DNA of 63,765 nucleotides, the filler included, from Folioceros fuciformis (lineage: Eukaryota): the NCBI GenBank assembly GCA_049999805.1. It is 5 parts of 3 records of this genome, joined end to end, with 100 filler letters (N's around TTAATTAATTAA, not from the genome) between each part and the next. Parts side by side here need not be neighbours in the genome. Positions count along the whole stretch, not along the records: positions 41,875 to 59,385 come from JBNGIO010006257.1; positions 59,486 to 62,308 come from JBNGIO010006277.1; 3 more parts are not named here. One strand, given 5' to 3'. A program made the position numbers and the translations under genes. Every line of letters starts with the position of its first letter. Position 1 is the stretch's first letter. Shown here piece after piece: positions 49,147 to 62,408 of the stretch. A model generated the notes under the pieces. That model searched no databases and had not been told where the DNA came from. It saw only the letters and a list, made by a program, of their open reading frames with translations.

Positions 49147-52100
49147 GAAGGAAATGGGGTATTTCTATGATTGAAAAAGAGATGGAAAGTCCCATCTACT
49201 CCAAAGATTGGAGGAACAACCCCATTAGGGCCAAAGGCAAAAAGAGGTACTCTCCCCTATGAATATTATTTTCAAAAACTACCTACTGTTCCCAAAATGT
49301 CATGATGTGGAATAACAAAAGGCCTACCTACCACCGGTGCCAAAGAAGCTGCTTGACCTGTGCTTGTTGCTGTTCTAAAAACTGCATTGGCCAATTCTCG
49401 TTGCAAAACAATGGATACATGTTGTCGAAAAAAAGGCCACCACAGAGGAAAGAGGGAGAACACCATTCCTAGTGCACTGATAAACCTTGGCACACTCCTT
49501 GATACCTTGAAAATTCCTTGCCCATAGCTCCATGAGTCTCAAGAGCAAAGGGGATGAAAGTATGCCCGTCTTGCAAGGGAGAATACTTATGGACTTTGGC
49601 ACTTGCACAACCCTCTGCCGTCCAACCAGGGGATTGATGATGACGTGCTCACAAATCGAATCCCTAGTGGGATCCGTAACAACCACATCAACAACACAAA
49701 CCTGTTCTCCCCTAGTGAAGAAAAGGTCGGCTCTAAGTGAAACCCCATTGTGCAAAATATATGGACGCTTCCTATAAGGAAGAAACCCACACTCCCTAGC
49801 CATTGAGAACATGACATCCCGAGCTGCATCATGAGTGGCAATGCGGTGCCCCCCAACGGGACAACGTGCCAAATGGGACCCTGTATCGACAATGGCAACC
49901 CTATACCTGCATGTAGAGAGAGAAAAAGCCAAGGGGTGGGCCAAACCTAAGCGAAATCACATCGCGGTGGCGAAAGTTGCTGTTGTGATTCGAAACGCCT
50001 GGATGCAAGCTAAAAGCCAAGAGCCCACTCCTTCACCTGAACAAGATCGAATACGAGCTCGAGAAGACCTAGGGATGGATGAGTCTGAAAGAAGGGCTCT
50101 TAGTGCTTGGCCATATTGCTTTTTCAGCAGGGAGGCTTGGAGACCCTTCAACCCTTCCCTAGAAAAGGAGGTGAAAGAAGGTAGAGCCTCACGAGCCTCC
50201 AAAGGTAGAGAATCCCTTGCTTTCCTATGAGACACCTGTAAAGGGAAAACGCCCTCCTCAACACCTGAAATAAAACTTTCAAGAATAGAGGAATCTTGTA
50301 GCAAAAAACGAGAGGCCAAAATTGGAGCTGAGAGGGCCCAGCTGTTGAGAAAGGCAGCTGGGGCAGAGGCCTCCATGGCCATAATGTATTAGAGTGATCT
50401 ACTGCATCATGTAGATCAGATCGTAGCAAGCAGCGTGAGCACACGAGCACCGGAGAGACTCACCAAGAGAGTAACGCCTTAAAGTGTATAAAAAAGAATC
50501 AAAAAACATTAAAAGTGTAGTTCGTAACCGTTTTAACCTAACATATATAATTATACTAACGAATGGTTATTCTAACCCTTTTTACCATTTGGTAATAACG
50601 AGTTAGTGTCTACCATTTAAATACTATTCCAATACGCCCCCTCAGACCTAACTCGCAACCTTATCTGGTTAGAATCAGCCTAAGGCACAGGCGCAATCTC
50701 CATGCACAGCTCCACTTGACTGAAAACCCAAGCTGTGCTCCCATTGCAAATCCAAGCGCGCTGATCACAGCTCACCTGTTAGAGTTTGCCATCATGATTC
50801 AGCTCACCACTGGACACTGGTGCCTGCTTGGCCAAATGCACAACAACCAAGGAACAGCTGAAGCGCGAAGCCAAGTTGCTGTGAGGAGGAAGACGCGCTG
50901 CAGGAGAAACTTGGTGTCGAAGTTACTGGCAAAGGCAGGGGACACTCCAACCTTCTCGCACTGGTGGAAGGTTGGCGAGAGAGATTGTGCTAGCTGTCTT
51001 CAAGGCAGCGTGCAAGCTACCTCTTCCGGACAACGAAAAACGAGCCTACAGCAGAGGTACTAAGTAGAAAAAGGGGATGCATGAAGTCTATTGGTCCTAT
51101 TTAGGTTACCTTGATGCTTCATCCAAGACTAACAGCTTGTATAGGGTGCTGGTCAGGCTTAAGATATCACCCTGTGCATGACACGTAGGAACTGAGCTTT
51201 GAGGCGCTCCAAACGCAGCTGCGAATACATAGCTACAGTTGCAGCTCACCCACACTCCTTCTCGGCTGGGCGTGTGTGTGGCTGCTATTTGAGATAAGGA
51301 GCTGAACCCGTTAGTCCTAAGGAACTTTTGTGTTGCTCGTGTGTTGTCTTAGGGAGACCTTTGGTAAGCAGGTTGGCCACGTTATCTGATGTATGCACAT
51401 ATTGCAGCTGTATAACCCCTGTCTCCACTGCTTGGCGAATGAAATGAAACTGTATCTCAATATGTTTAGATCGAGCATGTAGGATAGGATTCATTGTTAA
51501 GGCAATCGCAGACTGGTTGTCACATCTTAGAAATGTTGCTGAGGGTTGCTGCCAGTGCATGCCCTCAAGGAATTGTCTAACCCAGATAATCTTGCGTGCA
51601 GCTAGTGATAATGCACCATAATCGGCCTCGATAGACAAGAGACTCACTATGGTCAGTTTCTTTGATTGCCAGCTAATAGCAGAGCCACAGAGTAGCAAAC
51701 AATATGCAGCAATGGATTTACGGGAGTCAATATCGCCTACCCAATCAGCATCTGAATAAGAGGTAAGGGTAGCAGTGCCTGTTGCTGTGTACTGCATGAA
51801 ATAATCTTGGGTTCCCTTCAAGCATCGTAGAATTCGTTTGACCGCCGTCCAATGCTTCTTACTAGGATTTGCAAGGAAACGTGATACAACTCCTACAGCT
51901 TGAGAAATGTCAAGACGTGTCTAGCTAGCTAGGTACAACAAACTCCCAACAGCTTCTCGATAAGGAACTTGTGCCATTTATGTCATCTCTGTTGGTGTTG
52001 TTGGATAGTCTTCTATTGACAACTTATCACGAGAAGCTATGGGAGTTGTAACAGGATGCAAATCGGTGAGGTTAAATTTTGACAACAGTTGTCTAATGAA

Positions 52101-55100
52101 GTGAGCCTGGTGGATTGTGACATAGGTCATGTCACGGCTAAAACTGAACTAAATGCCTAAGGCAAACTTCAAAGAGCCCACATCTGTCATGTCCCATTCC
52201 TGGGACAGTTCATGCTTAAATTTTGCCAAAATCTACTCAACACTAGCAAAGAGGAAGTTGTCGTCGATGTAGAGAGCGATGATGCATAACTGGGATCCTC
52301 GTTTCAATATGTAAACACTGTAATCTTCTATAAGTGATGTAAATTCCAGCTTCCGCAATTTGGTTGTAGCCCTAGTATTCCAGATTCTAGCAGATTGTTT
52401 TAGTCCGTAAATAGATTTTAACAGCTTGCATACCTTTGCAGGGTCACAGACATAGCCCTCGGACTGATGCATAAAGATAACCTCATCGAGAGGACGTTCA
52501 AGAAAGCAGTCTTGACGTCCATTTGATGGACAAGGAGTTGATGCTTCACAGCATAACACAGCAAAATTCTCATGGAAGTTGGCTTCACAACGGGACTAAA
52601 TGTCTCGTTGTAATCCAAACCATGCACTTGAGTATAACCCCTTGCAACCATGCGGGCTTTGAATCGGGCAACAAAACAATCTGGATGCAACTTGAATTTA
52701 AATACCCATTTGGATGTAATAGCTCGTCTGTCTGGAGGTAAAGTTACTAGCTCCCATGTTTTGTTTTCAATGAGGCTGTTATACTCAGAATCAATGGCCT
52801 TATGCCATTCTGCTTTATAGGGACCAGAGAAAGCTTCCTTATATGTAAGTGGTGTATCAGGTGGATCAAGAATGGTGGAGGCTGATGTATGGGCAAGAGC
52901 TGCTAGAGCGGATCGAGGTAATGGGTCAGCTGGTAAGATTGGTGTTAAACTAAGGTGTCACCAGGTCCATAGGGTTTTTCTAACCATTCAGATCTAGGAT
53001 GGTGAATGCGTGCTGATCTACGTGGCAAAATAAGGTTCTGTTGTACAGCTGGAGGGTCTCGATCCACATCGAATTCAGTTGGATCTGGAACAGGAAGATC
53101 TAACTCTGCAATTGGAGGAGCATCATCTAACTGTACAGGGTCAAGTACAATTGGTGCATTCATTGAAGCTTGCTGGACAGGTACTTGAAGTTGTGGTGGC
53201 GAACCAGAGAAATGAGAAGGAAAATCACAAATGTCAGTGTCAATCTCATCATCTGTAAATGGTAGCTGTGGTTTATGCCCATATATACAGGGTTCTGATA
53301 AAGGCGTGTGGCTTGTGACATTATGTAGATGAGAGGAGATGATAAAGTTTTCGTTGAAACTAACACTTCGAGCCAAGGTCAGTTGTCTTGTGTGTGGATT
53401 ATATAACTTATAGCCTTTCAATTGCTCAGAATAACCAACAAATACATGCTTAGTAGCCCTACTGTCCATCTTACCACGCTTGTCCGCAGGAATGTATGCG
53501 TATGCAGCTGCACCAAAAATTCGAAGATGCCCTATTCTGGGTTTATGGCCACACCAACGCTCAAATGGTGTATAACTGAAAAATGGCTTGACAGGAAGTC
53601 TATTCTGTACATAATTGACAACTGCTACAACCTTAGCCCAATACCCTCGAGTAAGCCCAGCTGACGAGAGAGTAGCTCGACAACGTTCTTGCAATGTTCG
53701 ATTGTATCTTTCTGCATATGAGTTCTGCACAGGATGATAGGGAACAGTCAGCTGGTGGAGTATACCCTTCTGTTTTTTGCCATTTGCACGTACTCCAGGA
53801 ATTTCTTATAAGTTTGATGGCGATGATGCAGGAAATACAAACAACAATAATGACTCCATTCATTGAGGAACAATAAGAAATATGTGGCACCACAAAAGGA
53901 AGCTGTCGACATCGGGCCACTGATGTCAGATAGCACAACATCTAACAACCCAATAGCTTTTGTGGGCTCTGGATCATTGTATGGCTTCTGTGCCATTTTA
54001 CCCACTTGGCAGTCTTCACAAAACAAGTGATCCTGAACTTTAAAGGCAAGTGGGTCTTTATATAGTTCTGGCATTGACATCTGGTTTTCCATCAATCACT
54101 AGTCCACGAGGATGTGCCGCTATTGTATCAAATTGGTACAAATCATTGTAAATGATTCCCTCTCCTAAGATAACAGAATGATCCTTTGCTGATGTTACCA
54201 GGCAGCCAGTTGGTGAAAAAAAAACATGTAGATCGTGGTCTGTTACAAGCTTCCTCACTGATAATAGGTTCTTCGTCATGCTAGGTACATGGAGAACTCC
54301 CGACAGTCGAATCTTTGCTCTGCCATTGAGTTGGAAAGACACATCCCCATAGCCAGCAATAGCCAGACCACTATCATCGCCAAGCAAGACAAATTGACTG
54401 GTGGGTGCTTGCTTGTAAGTGACGAATTTGTCCTTTGATTGAAAGATGTGATGTGTGGCTCCTGAATCCAGGAACCACATATTAGGGTCAGCTCGTGTGA
54501 GAGATAAGCATACTGCAAGGATGGTGGGTGGCTAGTTGGCAGTTTGTGTTGCGTTGGTCTGTCCTCGAGTCACTATATGTGTCTCAGCACCAGGTGGTGC
54601 TTCACGTTGGGGCTCACCAGCCCGCTTCTTACGACATTCATTTTCGAAATGTCCAGGAATACGGCACCAGTGACACGTACCCTTCTTCTGTAGACCAGTG
54701 TAAAAAGATGATGGGACTATATAGGGTCTCCCCCATCCACGGCCATGCCCTCTACCTCGTCCAAGCTAAGTATAGAGGACTTGTGAGGTATGTTGTTGAC
54801 CCCGTCCAGTTGCAATTCTACTGGATTCTTCTTCGAGAAGTGCACTCACCACTTGTGATAATGTCACATTTGCTCCGGCTTGCTTGGTGAAGGAAGTCTG
54901 GGTAGTAACAAAAGCTCTGTAGCTTTGGGGCAGTGAAGTAAGGAGCATAACCACTGCTTGCTTCTCTGTCAAATCCTCACCACAGGAGGAAAGCTTGGCA
55001 TGAAAGGTATGGAACCTGTGCAAATGATGCTCAACGCTGTCAGTGTCTTTCATACAAAGACCATAGAGTAGTCTGGTTGCATTTATAAGTGACATTCCAT

Positions 55101-58100
55101 CCTTAGCTGCAAACATGTCCTTAAACATCGTCCAGACTGCAGCAGAGGTTGTCTGCCCTTGAGTGTGTTGAATCATGTTTCTGTCCAGGGCAGACATGAT
55201 GAGGCAGCGTGCTCTCTTGTCCTGCTTTGCCCAAGCTGCAATTTCTACATCTGTGCCTTTCGGAAAAGCTAATGATGGATCTGTGGATTTTCCAGTCACG
55301 ACATCCATGGGATCATGCTCCTCAAAGATGGACTCCATCCTCAGTTCGCAGATTGGGTAATCAGTCTCGTTGAATATGTCTTTGTCCTTTATGTCAACTT
55401 TGAATGTGTTATTTATAATTGTGGTCATTGAGCTTCTTCCAGCCCCATACATATTGTGCCTATGTAGCTTAGGGTTCCTACGTGCTAAGCTAAAGTGTAG
55501 TGGATCTTCAGGGATCCGATGTGCTGGTGACCACATCAACTATGCTAACTCAACAAACAGGCTTCTAGAGAATGGTGAGCTCCTCACCAAATAGCTTAGC
55601 AAGTGATGTAAGTACATGCTCAATGGGTTCATGTAGATGCTTGCTGACCATGATAGGAACGTGAGGGGATGATGCTTTGCTCACTGGGGTGCTAGGTGTA
55701 GCGTGATCGTTAGTAATGACATCTTCATACAGGTGGCAGAAGTAGTGAACCTTTCTAGCCAGATAATCGTTTTGTTCTTTCAAGTTTTGGATCTCTTTTC
55801 TATGCTTTAACTTGTTAGCGAATGCAGTATTCTTCAACATGGTAAGTGTGGTTCTGAGATTGTATAAATCGCGTAATAATGCTGGGGTCTGACAGGTGCC
55901 TTTACTAAAAGTTCTATGTGTGGTGTGACAAGAACAAAATGAAATAGGAGGAGTCTCCTGATTACAACAAAACGATTGTGTGTGAGGGCATGCTTTAGGA
56001 TTAGAACAAAATGTCCTGGTAAACCGTCTCTTATTGTTCCTAGTCATGGCGCAGTGTTTAGAGATGATGACGCTAGATATGTTTCCAATTCGAAAATCAT
56101 CTCCAGTATTCTTGCAGCATTTTGGAGCATAGCCGGTTTCGAATTATGCTATCGGCTGTGTCTCTATCCAGGACTGCGTAATCTCTGGTAGTAGCGAGAC
56201 TGGATAAAGTCTTCTCCATTGTTCGCGATGCGCTGGAAACCACATTCTTGGTGCTACTGAAATGCCAAATGGCCGGCGGCGATCTGGCTCTGATACCATA
56301 ATGTATTGGAGTGATCTACTGCATCATGTAGATCAGATCGTAGCAAGTAGCATGAGCGCACGAGCACCGGAGAGACTCGCCAAGAGAGTAACGACTTAAA
56401 AGTGTATCAAAAAGAAACAAAAAACATTAAAAGTGTAGTTCGTAACCGTTTTAACCTAACGTATATAATTATACTAACGAATGGTTATTCTAACCCTTTC
56501 TACCGTTTGGTAATAACGAGTTAGTGTCTGCCATTTAAATACTATTCCAATAGGCCAAAAGATCAACCCCTCCAAAGGCGACTAGCAAAGAAGCTTGCTT
56601 CCGAGCCAAATCACCGACAGCACACTCGAAGGTGCCTAAACCTTTGATGTTCCCAAGAGCCTGCATAACTTGATTGTCAAACTTCTTGAGACTTGATAAG
56701 AAAAATGGAGAAGGGGCAACAGTTCTAGTGAAGTAACCTGGTCGCCGTGCAAAACAAGAAGAAAGGATATGAAACGCAATATGAGGATCACCGATTTGTG
56801 AGAGGTCCATGATATGAGCCAAATCTTCATCCAACGCTTCATCTACAAACCTATGAACAAAATCAGGAGGTCCCACAGGCACACCTAAGACTCGAAGCCC
56901 CTGCGAGGGGGTGATATCCCCCCCTAAATATTGAAGGGGGGGGGAAGTGATGCTTGAAGGGGACCAAACCCTGCATCTAGATAGCTTTACCCGCAACCCC
57001 ACCTTGAAGGGCTCTAATGAGAAGAAATCAAATGCTGCTTTGACTTTGACTCCTTGCCCAAGAATATGAGTTTCATCAGCCACGGAAGGGAAAAGGCATT
57101 CTCGAAATGCTAAGGCAATAGAGGACAAAGCATGAAAATGCGCCATTGCAAAAAGAGCACCCTCCAGAGGATCCCCTTGCCTTATGCCTGTTGCTGAATA
57201 AAAAACTGAGACCCCCTCAATAGTCGGGCCGTGTTGGTAGAAGAGCTTGGATGACGAGCCATAGAAGGAGCGAACAAAAGGGATAAGACTTGCCAATTGA
57301 CCACCTGCACTCTTGAGCTCCGAGAAGATGGCAACCCTAGAGACGGTGTTGAAAGCATTTTCAATATCAACCTACAAAGCTACCCAGTAAGGATGTAACT
57401 CAAAGGTTGCCTGGATGCCGAGAGCGGCAGATTCACACCCACTTGGGGTAGCAATCCCAAATTGGTGGGGTGCAAGATGCGCTTGGAAGTACTCCCGAAG
57501 TTGAATTGCGATACTTTGGCTGATAAGGCACAAAAATACCTCCCCCACAACAATAGGGCGCACTCCTGAGATGAGCTTTTCCAATGCAAGTAGCCTACTA
57601 GCCGCCAAAACTTGAGAGATTCGATTGGGAACTTCACCCCTAGCCACAGCAGCTGCTAGTGAATAAAGCTCCGAAAAACCACTTGAGGGATCCTCATGAG
57701 AAAAGTAATCTCGAAAATGGTCATAAACTATGCCAAACAAACCCCCTGAAGAAAGTTGCGGCGCTGAAGAGAGTGCATGCCCAAAAACAACCCTATCCAA
57801 GCAAAAAGGCTCCTCGACCTTGTGGTCAAGAAGATCTTGTGGTATAGTGACTTGAGGTTCTGGATGAAGGGCACGAAGTGCAGCAATGGTGTCCTCAGTT
57901 TGCAGATGCAGCCGACTTTGGGCGCAATGCTCTAGCAGCCCGAGCATATTCACCATCCCTGCCCAACATGAGACACCACTTGAGACACGCTTTAAATGGG
58001 TCATGGCATACCTTGTCAACCTTAGTTGACTCCCATCAAGATTTTGCTGCTAGTAGATCCTCCTCCTGAAGAGCTTGCCAATCTTCAGATCGAAAACGGC

Positions 58101-59385
58101 GAAGTCGAGAGGCCACTTCCCTATGACCTGACGGACCACCCCTAGAGCGCCAAAGGCACCATCTAGGCAGGAAAAGGAACAAAATCCAAGCACCCTCATC
58201 CCTCGGGTCCCGAGCAAGGCGATCCAAGGGAAGACGATAAGCAAGGCGAATATCATCATGAATAGTCAACCAATGTTGCAGGCTAGCTGGAGGGAGGCTC
58301 CAATGAAGCAGTAGATGGTATTCCAATTTCAAAACTGTCTAGTGGGCTCAGGTTGGGCTGTTCACCAAAAATGACATGCATTTGATCAAAGTAAGGGCAT
58401 AAGCCCTCCAACTTCTCCTCAATGGTGACACCTACTCTACATTCCTCCTCAGTTAAGCCTTGCCCTGTTTCCTTCAAAAATTCAACTGCTTTCTTATACA
58501 TGGTGACATATTGCTCCACCCTTTTTGTAGCTTACACCCATCGAGGGCTATGAATCCATGCTCCCCCAAAGTTGCAGCCATGGCTGCAAAGGCAGTCTTC
58601 TTCAACTAGTTCTTACCTACAATTTTTTTGGTCATTTTGATGATCAAAGCAAGGCCGTAAACTGCTCCGTTTGCTCAAAGTTATTGCAAATCATGGCATA
58701 GTCCTCTAGAGTTAAATTGGTCCACGACCCCGTGCCCATGCCCTTACAATGCCACTTTAAGCTTTGAGCTTGCGGTGAGTTGACCCTAGGTGGCTATGTA
58801 GGCGCCAAAGGCTATAAGTTGGAAGCCAGCACAAGCGCATGACATGGCATACCATTTGGTAGAGGGGTGGGAATAGCAATAGTAGGTCGCCTTGCATCAG
58901 CAGGAGAAGGCATGGTGGTGGGGGTTGAGTGTAGATTCCATGAAAATTGAGAGGCAAGTAGGCAAGAGGAAGCGATGGAGTGCGGGGAGTCTGAAATACA
59001 AGGAGGTAAGGAGGGAGAATCAGATGAGGAGGGCGAAGTAGCGCCGACATCACATTCCCTCTTGAACTCGCTCGGAGCACCACCAACCACCGCCGTGGGA
59101 GTTTCCGTAATTTCAAATCCACTAACGCTCCATGAATGCTGTTCATTTTTTCTTATGAAGTTGCAGAACGTCGAGACAAAAGCAAATTGGGTAGATGGAT
59201 GGTGTTCAAGTTTGAGTGGTCTCACTTTTAATTCATGTCTTCATCTGAAACGGGAGGAGTCAAACTTGATACTCCTTCCCGTTTACAGCAACCCGGCCTT
59301 GTTGAAATGACAAAATGCTCGTTTCCATTTTCTATGCTCGGCAAAGAACTCTGAGTCCCCTTAATAAATCAAGCATGGCACGGCT
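49147..59385 (-). mobile_element. CRE-like non-LTR retrotransposon (RT + restriction-like endonuclease), decayed and split by a Copia insertion
   Basis: RPIVVGEVF, LAPHQFGIATPSGCE, *VDIENAFNTVSR, GIRQGDPL, VADETHI (degenerate YADD), VLGVPVG; C-terminal HLARC..THDAARD..RADL..VDVVVTDP; both ends approximate. Confidence 0.82.
50382..56552 (-). mobile_element. Full-length degenerate Ty1/Copia LTR retrotransposon; LTRs 50382-50634 and 56299-56552; TSD GGCCA
   Basis: PBS TGGTATCAGAGCC (tRNA-iMet; 56298-56286); PPT GAGGGGGCG (50643-50635); gag, protease WFLDSGATHH, integrase AERYNRTL, RT KARMVARGYTQ/YIDD, RNase H YSDADW; many stops and frameshifts; TSD at 50377-50381 and 56553-56557. Confidence 0.96.
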
Positions 59386-59485
59386 NNNNNNNNNNNNNNN
59401 NNNNNNNNNNNNNNNNNNNNNNNNNNNNNTTAATTAATTAANNNNNNNNNNNNNNNNNNNNNNNNNNNNNNNNNNNNNNNNNNNN
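59386..59485. other. Artificial contig linker
   Basis: N44-TTAATTAATTAA-N44. Confidence 0.97.
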
Positions 59486-62160
59486 ACAGATGTACCTGAT
59501 GAGGAGGATTCTTTTGATTTTCCCCAGGATGATTTCGGGACAGACAGCTCAGTGGCTGAACCAGGAGTTCTTCAGAACCCTGTCTTGCCGAATTCTGCTC
59601 CTGTACAGGTCCCTCCAGCGAACACAGTCCTACATCCTATTGTTCCTGCTAAGGATTCTGCTGCTTTGCATATTACCGACCAGTTCATACCAGCTGTTGA
59701 CACACCGATTGAAGCCCCAACATCTGTTGCTGGTCAACCAGCTGTTGATCAAGAAGACAACCAGGATGTTGAGTCCCACCACACAGATGTTTCAGGCGAG
59801 AGCAACCCCTTACCCGACTTCATTATCGATGTTGACGAAGACATGCCACTTTCAGCTCCCCCTGTTGAGCGTAGATACCCTGCCCGAGATAGACCACCTC
59901 CTGCACAATGGCAAGAGCCGCCCTATCAGACTGTGGACTTCAGGCGTCAAAGGGCAGGCATCTCTCTCAAGGAACCTGCAGTGGATCTTCCCTTTTTGAA
60001 GTATGAGCCCAGAACTTATACTGAAGCAGTTTCTGGAGCAGATAAAGCACATTGGATCCCCTCTATTAAGGATGAGTATGCTTCCCTTATCAAAAATGAT
60101 ACATGGGAACTCTGTCCTCCACCTGCAGGGCGCAAAATCGTCAGCTGTAAGTGGGTGTTTAAACATAAGCTAAATGAAAGAGGGGAAATCGCCAGGTATA
60201 AGTCTCGCCTTGTAGCCCGTGGTTTTACCCAAATCCCCGGTGTCGACTTCACAGAAACCTTCAGTCCTGTTGTGAAAACTCAATCTATCAGAATGATCTT
60301 AGCCCTAGCAGCAGCCAATGCATGGGATTTGCAACAGATGGACGTCTGTACCGCTTTTTTATACGGTGAACTTGAAGAGGACATATACATGCAACAGCCC
60401 GAGGGGTTTGTTGACCCAGAACATCCCGCCTGGGCTTGTCGTTTGAAGAAGACCATTTACGGCCTCAAACAGTCAGCACGTGAATGGTACAAGACTATTA
60501 ACCAATACCTCAAGTCCATCGGCTTTGCGCAGAATCCTGGTGATGCCAATGTGTACATGTATTCCCAAGGCAGTCATTTCGTCATCTTGGCACTTTACGT
60601 GGATGATGCTATTCTGGCATCAAACAATCCAGCGTTACTTGCTTGGGTTAAAAGCATGCTACACCAGAAATTCGACATGAAAGACATCGGTCCCCTTACC
60701 TATGTACTTGGCGTTCAGTTGGTTCGAAACTTACAGGACCAGACCCTTATGCTTCACCAACGTAAGTACATAGCAAAGACTCTTCGTCGGTTTCACTTGG
60801 AATCTTCGAAGCCTGTTTCTACTCCTGGCGTCCCTGGCCTCAAACTTTCAGCTGATGATTGCCCTCAGGATGAGGCTGAGCGCCAGGCTATGTCTCATTT
60901 TCCCTATCGTCATGCTGTTGGCTGCTTGAATTACATCAGTTGCTGGACTCGTCCTGACATACAGTATGCAGTTAGTTCGGTTTCCCAGTTTCTTGATAAC
61001 CCTGGACAGGCTCACTGGGGTGCCGTCAAGCGTATCTTACGCTACCTCAAGGGCACCATGAATCACGGCTTATGCTTCAGGGGGCGAGATAGCACACCTA
61101 CCGTGTGTGGATATGCTGATGCAGATTGGGCCACTAACCCTGATGCTAGACGAAGCATTTCAGCCTACTGCTTCATTCTTTCCAGCGCTGCTGTTCACTG
61201 GAGCTCAAAGAAGCAAGCTTCTGTGTCTCTATCCTCTACTGAGGCAGAGTACAAAGCTTTAACTGAAGCTGCCAAAGAAGCCATTTGGAAACGTGCTTTT
61301 ATGCACGGACTGGGCTTCCCGCAGAAGCAGCCCACTGTCATCCACTGTGACAATGTTTCCACCATCAGCATGACTGCCAATCCTCGTTTTCATGCCCGAA
61401 CAAAACATATCGAGGTGCAGCATCACTTTATTCGCCATCAAGTGGAGCAGAAATTTGTCCAGCTTCAGTATGTTTCAACAGATTACAATACTGCAGACTT
61501 GCTGACTAAGTACCTGCCAGCCAGCAAGCATTATCAGTTTATGGAGGCAATGGGTATACAAGCCTGCCCTGACGATGTACCCTAGCCTCTGAGCACTCAG
61601 ACTTAGCTACCAGCATGGTGGATGAAGCCTCAAAGCTACACGAAATCGCATGCTGCAGCTAACTAGCTCTCTCGGGGAAGCGGAGTAGCAGTTGCATATC
61701 TGAATTGTGCTTGCAGCTCGCTCTCTTCTGGATGGAGTATCGGCGTGTCCTCCACCCTGCCCACTGAGCACCAGACTTTGATTCGGCATTCCCAACTCGC
61801 GACCTGCCATTTCTGCTCCGTCGTGAATCTTCTGCTCGCTCTCTGGCAGCTGCGCGTTGGGAGACCAACCCTTGTGCGTGCTCTCCTCCTTTTTTCCGTC
61901 TTCGTTCCTCGTGCCAGTAGTGGACCAGCAAGAAGACAGCAATCACGAAAGCACACAGCCTGAGACACTGGATCAGTGCGCCCACCATGACTGTGGCTTC
62001 CGTTGCGCTAATCAGCGTGCTCCGTTTAAGGGGGCGTGTTGAATAGAACCCCGTTAGGGTTTAGTTAAGATAAACGTCACAGCTGTTAGCTGATAGTTGT
62101 ATAAGTTTAGGTCAGCTGAACAGTCATGACTCTTCAGGAGAGTAAGTATGTAAGACTTCT
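59486..62160 (+). mobile_element. Copia 3' half with intact RT-RNase H ORF (59486-61585), PPT 62028-62036, 3' LTR from 62037
   Basis: CKWVFK, KSRLVARGF, QMDVCTAFLYG, LYVDD, GYADADWA, RTKHIE; AAGGGGGCG then TGTTG. Confidence 0.95.
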
Positions 62161-62308
62161 GTGTGTTCGCTGGAGGGACCTGTACAGGAGCAGAATTCGG
62201 CAAGACAGGGTTCTGGAGAACTCCTGGTTCAGCCACTGAGCTGTCTTTCCCGAAATCATCATGGGGAAAATCAAAAGAATCCTCCTCATCAGGTACATCT
62301 GTCATGTT

Positions 62309-62408
62309 NNNNNNNNNNNNNNNNNNNNNNNNNNNNNNNNNNNNNNNNNNNNTTAATTAATTAANNNNNNNNNNNNNNNNNNNNNNNNNNNNNNNNNNNN
62401 NNNNNNNN
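62309..62408. other. Artificial contig linker
   Basis: N44-TTAATTAATTAA-N44. Confidence 0.97.
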
